Part shown: positions 13,015 to 27,601 of the stretch, piece after piece
Layout: the number at the start of each line of letters is the position of its first letter
Position numbering within the stretch: position 1 is the first letter of the stretch
Assembly: GCF_963921235.1 (NCBI RefSeq)
Contig: NC_086108.1
Location: 5,208,001 to 5,272,000 of the forward strand
Direction: 5' to 3'
DNA length: 64,000 nucleotides
Source of the DNA: Mobula hypostoma
Taxonomy: Eukaryota
Notes under the pieces: model-generated
The model's database searches: none
The model's input: the letters and a program-made list of their open reading frames with translations, nothing else
Told to the model about the DNA's origin: nothing
Program-made: the position numbers and the translations under genes

Positions 13015-13562
13015 CAGAATGTACTGGGGCCATAGCTGTCCATGCCCCTCCCATTCACGTACCTATCCAAACTTCTCTCAAACATTGAAATCGAGCTTGC
13101 GTGCACCACTTGCACTGGCGGCTCATTCTTTGCTTAGAGGGTAACCACCCTCCAAGCTAAGAAGTTTCCCCTCGTGTTCCCCTTAAAATTTTCACCTTTC
13201 ACCCTTAACCATGACCTCTGGTTGTAGTCCCTCATAATTTTGTATGCCTCAATTGAATCTCCCCTCAATTTTCTATGTTCCAAGGAATAAAGTCCTAACC
13301 TATTCAATCTTTCCTTATAACTCAGGTGTTCCAGTCCCCCAGCAACATCCTTGTAAATTTTCTCTGTACTCTTTCAACTTTATTCACATCTTTCCTGTAG
13401 ATAGGTCACCAAAACTGCACACAATACTCCAAATAAGGTCTTTCCAATGTCTTATACAACTTCGACATAACATCCCATCTGCTATACTCAGTGCGTTGAT
13501 TTATGAGAGCCAATGTGCCAAAAACTTTCTTTATAACCCTATCAATCTGGGCCACCACTTTC
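13015..13562 (-). mobile_element. CR1 LINE 3' fragment
   Basis: Reverse complement of LEYCVQFW..KFTRML..LGLYSL. Confidence 0.75.
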
Positions 13563-14069
13563 AATCAACCTTTATTTCCAAAAAAAAAATTACCTTTACT
13601 TCATCTTTCGGTGTGTATGAGGTTTCTTCAACAGTCTGGTAACAACAGGGTAGAAGCTATCCTTAAGCCTGGTGGTACATATCCTCGAACCTTTGTATCT
13701 CCTGCCTGATGGGGGGGGGGAGAAAACAGAGAGTGACAAGGGAGGGAACCTTGACTGTATTTTCAGCTTTCCCGACGCAGCGGGAAGTGGATAGGGAATC
13801 GCTGTAGGTTTTCCATGTAGATAATTAAAGCGGGCCGCCTTCACTGAGATTGGGTGAGACTAGAGCTAGAGGTCATGGGTTAAGGATGAGAGGTGACATG
13901 AGGGGAAACGTCACTCAGAGGGTGGTGAGAGTGCGGAACGAGCTGCCAGTGCAGGTGCTGCATGTGAGCTCGACTTCAACGTTTAAGAGAAGTTTGGATA
14001 GGTACGTGGATGGTAGGGGTATGGAGGGCTATGATCGATGGGAGTGGGATGAAAGACAGGTCGGCATGG

Positions 14070-14450
14070 ACACATTCATTATGTGCCGAGTCGTATGGCG
14101 TGGGCGATCGTGGTCTTTCCATGACCATGATTGTTATGGGCAAATATTTCCACAAAAGTGGTTTGCCATTGCCGCCTTCTGGGCAGTGTCTTTACAAGGT
14201 GGGTGACCCCGCCATTATCAATACTCTTCAGAGACTGTCTGCCTGGTGTCAGCGGTCACATAACCAGGACTTGTGATCTGCACCGGCTGCTCATACGACC
14301 ATCCACCGCCTGCTCCCGTGGTCACTTCACCCTGATCGGTGGTGGGGGAGGGGCTAAGCAGGTACTACACCTGCCCAGGGGTGATCTACAGTCTAGCGGA
14401 GGGAAGGAGCGCCTTTCACCTCCTTTGGTAGAGACGTACCTCCACCCCAT
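14070..14450 (-). mobile_element. SINE-like element with an RTE/BovB-type tail
   Basis: Family with tail gaaggcaatggcaaaccact..catacgacacggcacataatga. Other copies at 35245-35580(+), 36870-36949/38132-38478(-), 40340-40510(+), 61455-61830(+). Confidence 0.7.
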
Positions 14451-16167
14451 CACTCATTTTATACGTGGGCTAATAGAAACAAATGTACAAACCCATTTAT
14501 CTATTTCTTATTGTGGTTTATATTTTTTATTCTGCCTTACAATGTACTGCTGCTGCAAAACAACACATTTCATGACAAATGCCAGTGATATTTAACCTGA
14601 TTGTGTTTCTGAGACCTGATGGAGGTTTTCAAAATTAGGAGAAGCATAGACAGTGGTGTTCGCAGTCAGCATAATTTGCCCTGGATAGAACTGTCAACAA
14701 TCGGAGAACAGGCTTTTAAAGTTGGGGGAGGGCGTGGAGGCAGGGGGAAGTTTGAAGGTGAAGTGAGGGGCAAGGTTTTTGTACGTAGTGAGTTTGGGAG
14801 TCTGGAGTGGGTTAGTGGAAGAAGACAATTTAGAGTTTGAGGGTTTCAGATCGACAGGTGTACAAAGGGAATGAAGGGATGTGGATGCAGGAGCGTAGTT
14901 AGGAGTTGGATTCATGATCAGATTGACATTTTGGGCCAAATGGCCTGTCCGGTGCTGTCCTGTCGTAGGTTTTATTTAAGAAATGAAGGGAAAAGATCCT
15001 TGGGGAGCTAGCAGCCTGATAACATCGTGTCAGTAGCAGAGGGATGCAGGCATGCGTTACAAAGGGTGCACTAACTCAACTTCACAGGACTGGGCAGATT
15101 CAACATGGGTTTATGACAGGAAATAACGCTTGACTGATCCACCAGCCTAGGAGTATGTGATTAGCAGAATAGATTTAGATTTTCGGTTGGCTTTTATCAG
15201 AATCAGGTTTAATATCACAGGCACATGTGAAACTTGTTAACTTTGTGGCAGCAGTACAATGCAATACATGATAAATTACAGTAGTATATATGTGTATTAA
15301 ATAGTTAAATTAAGATGGGTAGTACAAAACCAGAAATTATATAAAAAGAAAGTAGTGAGGTAGTGTTTATAGGTTCAATGTCCATTTGGAAATCAGATAG
15401 CAGAGAAGAAGCTGTTCCTGAATCATTGAGTGTGTGTCTTCAGGCTCCTGTACCTCCTCCCTGATGGTAGCAATGAGAAGAGGGCATGACCTGGGTGATG
15501 GGGGTCCCTAATGATGGAAACCATTTTTCTGAGGCACTGCTCCACCATAAGGGAAGTTCTGACACAAGAGATTGGTAACAAAACGAAAGTTGGTGTTGAA
15601 GGTTATTTAGTGACATGACTGAGATCTTGTTCTCAGGCAGGGCACACAGGGTGGGTAAGTTCCCAAACCACGTCGAAGTGTACGGCAAATGAAGTTGATC
15701 CCTGATTGGTGATTGGACACTGGCCATTTATGGTTTGTGTCACCCATTGGCTAAGAGGAACAAATGTCATATTTCCAATTTGTTAACAGCGCGATATCGG
15801 TGATACTGAATCAGGAAGGAGGATGTTAATGGGGGCAAGGATTAGTTTTATTTGTCATATGTAGTTCGAATCTACAGTGAAATGTGCCATTTGCGTCAGC
15901 AACCGTCACAATTGAGAGGATGTACAGGGGGCAGCCCGCAAGTTTCCAGCACCAACGTAGTGTGCCCACAACTCACTGACCTGTGTGTTGGATATGTGGG
16001 TTATGACTAAAGGCAAGATAGCTGCAGTGGCTTAGCACTTTAGTGCAAGGGTGTTCAATAGTTGCATCAAAAATCAAACTTACAGAAAAATTAGTGAAAA
16101 TGGTGCCAATGTTTACAAAAAAGGAATCTACTGTACCAGAAAACACAATAATAGCTCTGCACCTGTT

Positions 16168-16880
16168 ATAGAAACATAGAAAATAGGTGCAGGAGTAGGC
16201 CATTTGGCCCTTCGAGCCTGCACCGCCATTTATTATGATCATGGCTGATCATCCAACTCAGAACCCCGCCCCAGCCTTCCCTCCATACCCCCTGACCCCC
16301 GTAGCCACAAGGGCCATATCTAACTCCCTCTTAAATATAGCCAATGGATTGGCCTCAGCTGTTTCCTGTGGCAGAGAATTCCACAGATTCACCACTCTCT
16401 GTGTGAAGAAGTTTTTCCTAATCTCGGTCCTAAAAGGCTTCCCCTCTATCCTCAAACTGTGGCCCCTCGTTCTGGACTTCCCCAACATCGGGAACAATCT
16501 TCCTGCATCTAGCCTGTCCAATCCCTTTAGGATCTTATACGTTTCAATCAGATCCCCCCTCAATCTTCTAAATTCCAACGAGTACAAGCCCAGTTCATCC
16601 AGTCTTTCTTCATATGAAAGTCCTGCCATCCCAGGAATCAATCTGGTGAACCTTCTTTGTACTCCCTCTATGGCAAGGATGTCTTTCCTCAGATTAGGGG
16701 ACCAAAACTGCACACAATACTCCAGGTGTGGTCTCACCAAGGCCTTGTACAACTGCAGTAGTACTTCCCTACTCCTGTACTCGAATCTTCTCGCTATAAA
16801 TGCCAGCATACCATTCGCCTTTTTCACCGCCTGCTGTACCTGCATGCCCACTTTCAATGACTGGTGTATAATGACACCCA
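16168..16880 (-). mobile_element. Young 5'-truncated CR1 LINE (open ORF2 C-terminus)
   Basis: 199-aa open frame (..LVRPHLEYCVQFWSP..FFTQRVVNLWN..) with a tttctatg tail. Nearly identical to 29380-30096. Confidence 0.92.
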
Positions 16881-17879
16881 GCTCCTTTTGTTCGGTTCGA
16901 TGTCAGATCGTCTCTGATTACCCACAAAGTTAACTTCCGACTACACATGAATTAGAATATGATGCACCCCACAATGAGTTACAATCATATTACAAAATAA
17001 ACAGAAGTAGCTCCCTTAAATACAGTGTGCAAACGACATATACACATTTACACAGCTCCATCACTTTAGAAATGGAATATTTCGCCTTTCATATCGGAAA
17101 AGGCACCATAAAGACAACCGGAGCCCATCAGCTCAGTTTAGGGCCCATTGTGAGAGTATATGGGGACAGACATTGAAATACAAGAGTGTGTGTGTGTGTC
17201 TGTCTGTCTGTCTGTCTGGGGTGTGTGTGAGTGTGTGTAAGTAAATGGGTACATTTACTAAGTGCCGTCTGTCTCACTGTACATCTTCGGAATGGGGAAG
17301 GAAATCGGAACGCCCAGACGATTGCGAGGAGAACGTACAGCCTCCTTGCTGAAAGCAGCAGGAATTGAACCCTGATCACTGGCACAGTAAAGCGTTTGAT
17401 AACCACTGCACTTGCATATACTGAAGCCAAGTCAATGGGTAAGGACATGGCAGGTGCAACAGAATATAAACCAGGAAAAGCAGCGTATTGTTGCATGATG
17501 AGAGACTTGAGTAACGTATGTTATCGTATTTGTCGACGTGGAGTGGAAAGTGAGTTTGTAAATCTGACAGGAGCAAAGGATGTTGGGAATGGAGAGGGTG
17601 GAGCATTGTGGGAGGGATGTGGGACAGGTAAGGAGTGGGCTGGGGTGGCGTGGATACAGACACACCCAGCCCTGAGAAACCAGGCAAGGTCATTTGATTT
17701 CAAACAATTGGTTTATTGATTGTCACACAATGTCTCTCTGGTGCTTCTTGCTTCCTCCCCTCTCCCTTCCTCTTTTCCCAACCATGATTCCCCTCTCCCT
17801 GTCCCTTCCCACTCTCAGTCTACAGTAGAATCTGGTTTATCATCACTCACATATGTCATGAAGTTTTTTTTGCAGCACC

Positions 17880-20800
17880 ACTCCCTTTCCTTAAAAAAAC
17901 TTACCCCTGACATCTCCTCTGTACCTACTTCCAGGCATCTTAAAACTGTGCCCTCTCGTGCTAGCCATTTCAGCCCTGAAAAAAGCGTCTGACTATCTAC
18001 GCAATCAATACCTCTCATCATCTTATGCACCTCTATCAGGTCACCTCTCATCCTCCGTTGCTCCAAGGAGAAAAGGCCGAGTTCACTCAACCTATTCTCA
18101 TAAGGCATGCTCCCCAATCCAGGCAACATCCTTGTAAATCTCCTTTGCACTCTTTCTATGGTTTCCATATCCTTCCTGTAGTGAGGTGACCAGAACTGAG
18201 CACAGTACTCCAAGTGGGGTCTGACCAGGGTTCTATATAGCTGTAACATTACCTCTCGGCTCTTAAACTCAATCCCACGATTGATGAAGGCCAATGCACC
18301 GTATGCCTTCTTAACCACAGAGTCAACCTGTGCAGCTGCTTTGAGTGTCCTATGGACATGGACCCCAAGATCTCTCTGATCCTCCACACTGCCAAGAGTC
18401 TGACCATTAATACTATATTCTGCCATCATATTTGACCTACCAGAATGAACCACCTCACACTTATCTGGGTTGAACTCCATCTGCCACTTCTCAGCCCAGT
18501 TTTGCATCCCATCAATGTCCCTCTGTAACCTCTGACAGCTCTCCACACTATCCACAACACACCCAACCTTTGTGTCATCAGCAAATTTACTAACCCATCC
18601 CTCCATTTGCTCATCCAGGTCATTTATAAAAATCACGAAGAGAAGGGATCTCAGAACAGATCCCTGAGGCACACCACTGGTCACCGACCTCCATGCAGAA
18701 TATGACCTGTCAACAACCGTTCTTTGCCTACTGTGGGCAAGCCAGTTCCGGATCCACAAAGCAAGGTCCCCTTGGATCCCATGCCTCCTTACTTTCTCAA
18801 TAAGCCTTGCATGGAGTACCTTATCAAATGCCTTGCTGAAAATCCATATACACTACATCTACTGCTCTACCTTCATCAATGTATTTAGTCACATCCTCAA
18901 AAAATTCACTCAGGCTCGTAAGGCACGACCTGCCATTGACAAAGCCATGCTGATTATTCCTAATCATATTATGCCTCTCCAAATGTTCATAAATCCTGCC
19001 TGTCAGAATCTTCTCCATCAACTTACCAACCACTGAGGTAAGACTCACTGGTCTATAATTTCCTGGGCTATCTCTACTTCCTTTCTTGAATAATGGAACA
19101 ACATCCGCAACCCTCCAATCCTCCAGAACCTCTCCCGTCCCCATTGATGATGCAAAGATCATCGCCAGAGGCTCAGCAATCTTCTCCCTCACCTCCCACA
19201 GTAGCCTGGGGTACATCTCATCCGGTCCCGGCGACTTATCCAACTTGATGCTTTCCAAAAGCTCCTGCACATTCTCTTTCTTAATGTCTATATGCTCAAG
19301 CTTTTCAATCTGCTGTAAGTCATCCCTACATTCGCCACGATCCTTTTCCGTAGTGAATACTGAAGCAAATTATTCATTAAGTACCTCTGCTGTCTCCTCC
19401 AGTTCCATACACACTTTTCCACTATCACACTTGATTGGTCCTATTCTCTCACGTCAAGTATGTGAATGCCTTGGGGTTTTCTTTAATCCTGCTCGCCAAG
19501 GCCTTCTCATGGCCCCTTCTGGCTCTCCCAATTTCATTCTTAAACACCCTCCTGCTAGCCTTATAATCTTCTAGATCTCTATCATTACCTAGTTTTTTGA
19601 ACCTTTTGTAAGCTTTTCTACACCATGGTTCCTGTACCCTACCATCCTTTCCGTCTCATCGGAACATACCTCTGCAGAACGCCACACAAATATCCCCTGA
19701 ACATTTGCCACAATTCTGCTGTACATTTCCCTTAGAACATCTCTTCCCAATTTATGCTTCCAAGTTCCTGCTTGATAGCTTCATATTTCCCTTTACTGCA
19801 TTGTGATCACTATCTCCAAAATGCTCGCCCAATGAGAGACCTGACGCCTGACCAGGTTCATTTCCCAATACCGGATCAAGTACAGCCTCTCCTCTTGTAC
19901 GCTTATCTACATATTGTGTCAAGAAACCTTCCTAAGCACAGCTAATAAACTTCACTCCATCTAAACCCCTTGCCCTATGGACATGCCAATCAAAATTTAG
20001 GAAATCTCCCACCATGACAACCCTGTTATTATTACACCTTTATAGAAATTGTCTCCCTATCTGCTCCTCGATGTCCCTGTTACTATTCGGTGGTCTATAT
20101 AAAAAAAAACACCCAGTAGAGTATTGACCCCTTCCTGTTTCTAACTTCCACCCGCAGAGACTCAGTGGACAATCTCTCCTTGACTTCCTCCTTTTCTGCA
20201 GTCGTGACACTATCTCTGATCTACAGTGCCAGGCCCCACCTCTTTTGCCTCCCTCCCTGTTATTCCTGTCCCTGAGCCATCCAAGTCTCTGTAATGGCCA
20301 CAACATCATAGCTCCAAGTACTGATCCACGCTCTAAGCTCATTCGCTTTGTTCATGATGCTTCTTGCATTAAAATAGACACATCTCAAACCATCGGTCTG
20401 AGCACATCCCTTCTCTATCACCTGCCTATTCTTCCTCTCGCACTGTCTCCAAGCTTTCTCTGTTTGTGAGCCAACCACCCCTTCCTCCGTCTCTTCAGTT
20501 CTGTTCCCACCCCCCAGCAATTCTAGTTTAAATTTTCCCCAATAGCCTTAGCCTGGATATTATCCTCCCTGCCAGGATATTGGTCCCCCTCAGATTCAAG
20601 TGCAACCCATCCTTTTTGTACAGGTCACACCTGCCCCAAAAGAGGTCCCAATGATCCAGAAATCTGAATCCCTGCCCCCTGCTCCACTCCCTCAGCCACG
20701 CATTGATCTTCCACCTCACTCTATTCTTTGTCACGTGGCACAGGCAGTAATCCCGAGATTACTACCTTTGAGGTCCTGCTTCTCAACTTCCTTCCTAACT

Positions 20801-20930
20801 CCCTGTAGTGTGTTTTCAGGACCTCCTCCCTTTTCCTACCTACTTTCATTTGGTACCAATATGTACCACGACCTCTGGCTGTTCACCTTCCCACTTCAGG
20901 ATATCGTGGATGCGATCAGAAACATCTCAG
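17880..20930 (-). mobile_element. Decayed CR1 LINE (ORF1 esterase end, endonuclease, RT)
   Basis: FLDHWDLFWGRCDLYKKDGLHLN (ORF1 SGNH-like); YFNARSIMNK..VAITETW (APE); KSPGPD..NYRPVSLTSV; GVPQGSVL..KFADDTK. Frameshifts and deletions present. Confidence 0.93.
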
Positions 20931-20934
20931 GACA

Positions 20935-21705
20935 GGAAATAATAAAATATTATTATTTGGGAATAGTGGGTGGAGGTGTCGATCAGCCTTACTGCTTGGG
21001 GAAAGTTACTGTTTTTGAGTCTGGTGGTCCTGGTTTTGCATGCTATGGAGCCTCCTCGCTGATGGGAGTGGGACAAACAGTCCGTGAGCAGGGTGGGTGG
21101 GATCTCTCATGATGTTACTGGCCCTTTTTTCGCAACCATTCTGTATTTACGTCTTTGCTGGCAGGTAGGCTGCTGCCGGAAATGCATTGGGCAGTTTCGA
21201 CTATCCGTTGTGGAGGCTTCCTGTCCACCACAGTTCAGTTTCCGTACCGTGCAGTGATGCTCTCGACTGCACATCTGTAGGGTGACGATGTGCATAGTCC
21301 AGCGCTGTTCCCGCTCCTCGGAAAGTAGAGGTGTTGGTGAGCTTTCCTCAAGTGTAGAAGTGTTCTAGGACCATGACAGGTTGTACGGGATGTGCACCCA
21401 CAGGAGTTTGAAACTGCTCGTAGTTTCCATTGCGGTAAAAAAAAAGGGTGTGAGTGTTGCAAATTTTCCTGAAGTTGATAACCATCTCTTTTGTCTAGTT
21501 GCTATTGAGGAAGAGGTTATTTGCCTGGCACATGGCCTTGAGCTCTTCCACTTCTCATCTGTAGGCTGTCTCATCGTTGTTGGTGATGGGCCCCATTACT
21601 GCTGTGTCATCGGCAAAGGTGACGATGTTTTCGGCCGTGCGGTCATTTGTGAGCAGAGTGTACTGCAGTGGGCTCAGCACACAGCCCTAGGGGGCACATC
21701 CACTC
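20935..21705 (-). mobile_element. Rex1/Babar-type LINE 3' fragment
   Basis: Reverse complement gives remnants of the GCVLSPL..FADDT..VVG..LFLN..KTKEMVI..FKLL type. Confidence 0.6.
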
Positions 21706-21909
21706 TGTAAAGGCCCTTCAATGTTTAATAGACTTCAGTGATATTTTTCCATCATTCTCCACTCCAGGAAGTGGAGGTCTAGAGCCATCAAACAGCCTTT
21801 TGTTCCCGGATTGTTCTAGTGAAACTCCTTTGGGACCTCTCCAACGCCAGAACATCCTTTCTTAGATATGGGGCCCAAAACTGCTCACAATACCCCAAAT
21901 GTAGACTGC

Positions 21910-24900
21910 TTGAGAGGACTAGACGGGTATTATCTGCAGTCTATGGCAGGGGGATAGGAACCCACACAGAAAAGAAGAGGGAAGTGATGCAGAGACCAAA
22001 GCTAGAGTTAGTGAAGAAAAAAGTAAGAGCAGAGGGCAAAAAAGTAAAAAGCAAAAATCGCATAGGTCACTAGATTCAAAAAAGGACAATGAGTACAAGG
22101 GCATTTTATCTAAATGCCTGTAGTATTAGAAACAAGGTTAGTGAACTTGTGGCACAGATCAATACCAAGGCATATGATTTAGTGGCCATTACAGAAACCT
22201 GGTTGCAAGGTGGAGATGACTGGGAATTAAATCTGAGGGTATCAGGTAATACGGAAAGATAGGCAGGAAGGCAGAGGAGGTGGGGTGGCACTCTTAATTA
22301 GGGATGAGATCAGGGTGATTGTGAGAGACGATATAAGATCTACAGAACAGAATGTTGAGTCCCTCTGGGTAGAGATTAAGAATAGTAAAGGGAAAAAAAA
22401 TCACCGGTGGGTGTTGTCTATAGGCCACCTAATAAAAACATTGCAGTGGCAGAGGTGATTAACCAAGAAATAACTTAGGCTTGTAAGACCAGAACGGCAG
22501 TTGTCATGGGGGATTTTAACTTCCAACGTAGATTGGGTGAATCAGGTTGGTCAAGGAAGTCGTGAGGAGGACTTCATAGAATGCATCCGTGATGGCTTTC
22601 TTGAGCAGAATGTTAGTGAAACTACAAGGGAAAATGCTATCTTAGATCCAGTCCTGTGCAATGAGACAGGTAAGATTAATGATCTTGTAGTCAGGGATCC
22701 TCTTGGAAAGAGTGATCATAGTATGATTGAATTTCGCATACAGATGGAGGATGAAATAGTTAGATCTAAAACTGGTGTGTTAGGCTTGAACAAGGGAGAC
22801 TACAACGGGATGAGGGAGGAGTTGACTAATGTGGATTGGGAGCACAGGCAATTTGGTAGGACATTTGAGGAACAGTGGAATACTTTCAGAGAGATTTTTC
22901 ACAGTGCTCAACAAAAGTATATTCCAGTCAAAAGTAAAGACAGTAAGTGTGGGGAGAGCCAGCCTTGGATAACTAAGGAAATAAAAGATAGTATCAAATT
23001 AAAAGCTCGTGTTCAAAGTTGCAATGAGTAGTGGGAAACTGAAGGACTGGGAAAACTTTAAAAAGCAACAAGGAACAATTAAACAAGAAATAAGGAAAGG
23101 GAAGATAGAGTATGAAAGTAAATTAGCACAAAATATAAAAACAGATAGCAAAAGTTTTTATAAATATATCAAGTGGAAGAGGGTGGCTAAAATCAATGTA
23201 GGACCCTTGGAAGATGAGAAGGGGAAATTGATATTGGGTGATAAGGAAATGACTGAGGCTTTGAACAACTATTTTGTGTCAGTCTTCATGGTGGAGGACA
23301 TGTCTACTCTGCCAAAGAATGATGTTATGGACGAAATGGGAGGTGAGGACCTCGATAAAATCACTGTCACTAAAGAGATAGTGATGAGCTAACTAGAGGG
23401 CCTGAAGGTAGATAAGTCCCCTGGTCCTGAGGGAATTGGCGGAGGTTATAGTAGACACGTTGGTAATCATTTACCAAAGTGCTCTAGACTCTGGGCAGGT
23501 CCCAGTGGATTAGAAGACAGCAAATGTCACGCCACTTTTTAAAAAAGGATGTAGGCAAAAGACGGGCAACTATAGGCCAGTTAGGTTTACATCTGTAGTT
23601 GGGAAAATGTTTGAAACTGTCATTAAGGAAGAAATAGCGAAACATTTAGAAAAGAGTGGTTCCATTAGACAGGTGCAGCATGGATTCCGAAAGGGCAGGT
23701 CCTGTTTGACAAACTTACTGGAGTTCTTTGAGGACATAATGAGTGCAGTGGATAGAGGGGAACAGGTGGATGTCATATACTTGGATTTCCAGAAGGTGTT
23801 CGATTAGGTGCCGCACAAGAGACTTATAAATAAGATACGGAGGCATGGAATCGGAGGAAGTGTTTTGGCATGGATAGTGGATTGGTTAACCAATAGAAGG
23901 CAGAGTTGGTATAAATGGGTGTTTCTCTGGTTGGCAGTCAGTGGTGAGTGGGGTGCCGCAGGGGTCGGTGCTGGGCCTGCAGCTGTTTACCATTTACGTT
24001 GATGATTTGGAAGAGGGGACTGAGTGTAGCGTAGCAAAATTTGCTGATGACACTAAACTGAGTGGAAAAGCAAATTGTACAGAGGATGTGGAGAGTCTGC
24101 AGAGGAATATAGATAGGTTATGTGAGTGGGCCAAGGTCTGGCAGATGGAATACAACGCTGGTAAATGCGAGATCATCCACTTTGGAAGGAATAATAGAAG
24201 AGCAGATTATTATTTAAATGGTGAAAGATTGCAGCATGCTGTTATGCAGAGGGACTTGGGAGTGCTTGTTCATGAATCGCAAAAAGTTGGCTTGCAGGTA
24301 CAACAGGTTATTAAGAAGGCAAACAGAATGTTGGCCTTCATTGCTAGAGGGATTGAATTCAAGATCAGGGAAGTCATACAGCAACTATACAGGGTACTCA
24401 TGAGACTGCACCTGGAGTACTGTGTGCAGTTCTTGTCTCCATACTTGAGGAAGGATATACTGGCTTTGGAGGCAGTGCAGAGGAGGTTCATCAGGTTGAT
24501 TCCAGAGATGAAGGAGTTAACCTATGAGGAGAGGTTGAGTCGCCTGGGACTATACTCTCTGAAATTCAGAAGAATGAGAGGGGATCTTATAGAAACATAT
24601 AAAATTTTGAAAGGGATAGATAAGATAGAAGTAGGAAAGTTGTTTCCATTGGTAGGTGAGACTAGAACTAGGGGACATTGCCTCAAGATTCAGGGGAGAA
24701 GATTTAGGACGGAGATGAGGAGAAACTGTTTTTTCCAGAGTGGTGAATCTGTGGAATTCAATGCCCAGGGAAGCAGTTGAGGCTTCTTCATTAAATATAT
24801 TTAAAATACTAGTAGGAGAATTAAGGGTTATGGGGAAAAGGCAGGTGATGGAGCTGAGTTTACGGACATGAGTTTATGATCTTATTGAATGGCGAGGCAG

Positions 24901-24942
24901 GGTCGATGGGCCGAATGGCCGACTCCTGCTCCTATTTCTTAG
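21910..24942 (+). mobile_element. CR1 LINE, near-complete ORF2 with stops and frameshifts
   Basis: LNACSIRNKVSEL..VAITETWL; LGKSDHSMIEF; QHGFRKGRSCLTNLLEFFED; GVPQGSVLG..KFADDTK; 3' UTR ending ctcctatttctt. Confidence 0.94.
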
Positions 24943-25784
24943 GATGAGATCTCATTGAGACTTGCAGCATCTCTGTGGGGCTGGACAGTCTCGATGCAGG
25001 TTGGATCTTGCCCTCTTGCTGTGGAGTGTCAAGCAGAGAGGCTCAAAGTATGGGCCCGCCCATTTAGGAAAGAGGTAATGACCACAAGAGGTTCTGCAGA
25101 TTCTTGACATCTTGAACAATGCAGCCAAAACGCTGGAGGAACTCAGCAGGTCAGGTAGCGTCAATGGCGAGTCCTGACGAGTTTCTCCAGCATCTTGTGT
25201 AGGAAGAGATGAGCAGTTCATTCACCCAGAGTGCAGTGAGCGTGCAGAGTTCTCATCCCTGGAGGTCTGTAAACTCTGAGAGTAATTCAAAGCCGAGCTC
25301 GGTAAATTTCCGGATGTGACAGGAGTTGGGGTGATAGGATCGTGCAAGGAGAAAGGCACTGAGGTGGGACATCAGCCGTGGCCCTGATCACTGGTGGCTC
25401 AACTGTCCACATGGAAGTTGTTAATTCTCAAAGGCTGCAGTGTGTCCGGTCAGAAGATGAATGTTGAGTGAACTTGTTGAACTTGGCACAGTGTACACTC
25501 ATTGACCACAGCAACTCACTCTTTCTGCAGTTGTTTTTACCTGGTGGAGCAGACTGCATTGGGAGCAGCAGATGCAGAATCAGATTAATTAGCTTCTGTT
25601 ATATTTTTTTTTTATGTCATTCATTCTTTGGGGTTTTCTTCTCTTTCATGGATGTCTGTGAAGAGTAAGAATTTCAGGTTGTATACTGGAAACATTCTCT
25701 GATATTAAGTGGAACCAATGAGCCATCACCTCCAACATGAGGTGAAATTTGTCGGTTTACAGCAGCAGGGCTGTGCGAGGGCGG

Positions 25785-26102
25785 AATGACAATGTAGCAG
25801 TTAATGTAACGCAGTCACGGCGCCAGTGACCACTGATCGGGGTGCGATTCGCGCCGCTGTCTGTGAGCAGTTTGTATGTTCTCCCTGTGACTGCGTGGGT
25901 TTCCTCTGGGTGCTCCGGTTTCCTCCCACAGTCCAGAGACGTACCGGTTAGGGTTAGTGAGTTGTGAGCATGCTATGTTGGCACTGGAAGTGTGGTGACA
26001 GTTCCGGGCTGCCCCAGCACAATCTGTACTGGTTTGAATTGACACAAGCAACACATGTCACTGTATGTTTCAATGTTGCCATGTACATGACAAAGCTAAT
26101 CT
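25785..26102 (+). mobile_element. tRNA-derived SINE (well preserved)
   Basis: A/B box-like head, V-core, and the 3' body tgctatgttggcactggaagtgtggtgaca..aaagctaatc. Confidence 0.8.
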
Positions 26103-27601
26103 TTTTAAAACAATATTTTAAAATGCCCCCATGATTCAGATTCCACGACCCTCCAAAGCAGAGTAACCCAAAGATTTAGGCTTGCATTCCAGGGTTCAAA
26201 TCCCACCATGGCTGATGTAATTAAGGAATTGGCCACGAAATTACCATATCATCTCAAACCTGCTTATTCCAACGGTGGCCCCACAGGGAAGTCCTTTCCT
26301 GCTGTGGACTGTCTTTGGTTCCAGACCCACCAATGTGATTAACTTTTGAGTGGCTTGTTACACCTCTCAGCTCATGGGATTGAACTCTACAGCCCGTGTT
26401 CTCTACTTATTGCTTATTTGTTTATTTATTTTTTCCCCTCTGTATTTGCAGTTTGTTGTCTCTTGCACATTGGTTGTCCGTCTCTGTCGTGTGCGGTTCT
26501 TTAATTGATTCCGTTGTTTCTTTCTATTTGCTGTGAATGCCCTCAAGAAAATGAATCTCAGGTAGTACAGAATGACCTCTATGAACTTTGACAATTTTCT
26601 TGGAACGTTGAACATTTGACGAGGGCCTTACCAGATCCTCAAAGCCGAATTTTGAAACAAACTTGAGGGCTTTATTTTCTAGGACCCTCCTGATCATTAC
26701 CACAGAATAGAAGTTCAGATTCAATCTTGATTGTCATTCAACCATACATGAATACAGCCAAGTGAGACATCATTACTCCAGGGCCAAGGTGCAAAACACA
26801 ATACCAACTATCACACACAGCACAAGCCACATATAAGATAGCAGTAAAATGCAGTTACATACAAAATAAATACAGTCCAAGTCCCTGAGTCCATGGTTAT
26901 TGCAGCAGTCTACAGTCGAACACAATACATCTTATCTTCTGCCGCGAGAACACTGGAGGCTAGCACCTACTCCTGCAAGGATGCCACAGTGGAGAACTTC
27001 TGACTCCCTCCCCAGACGGCTACAAACAGGCTACACTGTGGTCTGAGGCCTAGTCCTTGCTATAACCTAGGTCATGCAGCTTCCCTGCCATCTGCCAATT
27101 AAACAATGAACGGGACTTGCAGCATTCCACGTTAGCAATGTCCATTGGGGTCTTGCGACTAAGAGAATGTTCAACTGCACACCATCTTCACGCACCAATG
27201 CCTGTCTCACGCAGGCAGCGGTGTGATCCGCGTCAAGCCTAGCTCCTTCAGTCTCGCTGCTAACGAGCAACTCTTTGAGTTCCTAATGTCTTGCGATCGT
27301 AACAAATGCAGTTTAGAGAAAGGCAGTAACACCTTTGGTTGGTGTTACCTGTAGTAGTCCGAGTGTGCTGCCTTCTTACTGGAGACAATAGAAGTGAGTT
27401 GTGTGAGACAAACTGGTGATAGGAGGCCACCAGGTTCTGATACTTGGTCAGAAAGCTCTATAGGAGATGAAATGTTCTTGGCTTTTTTTATTTGGAGATA
27501 CAGCATGTCAGGCCCTTCTGGCACAATGAGCCTGAAATGTCCAATTAGACATGGGAGAAATTAATCTACCGGTCCCTATATTTTTGGACTGCGGGAGGAA
27601 A

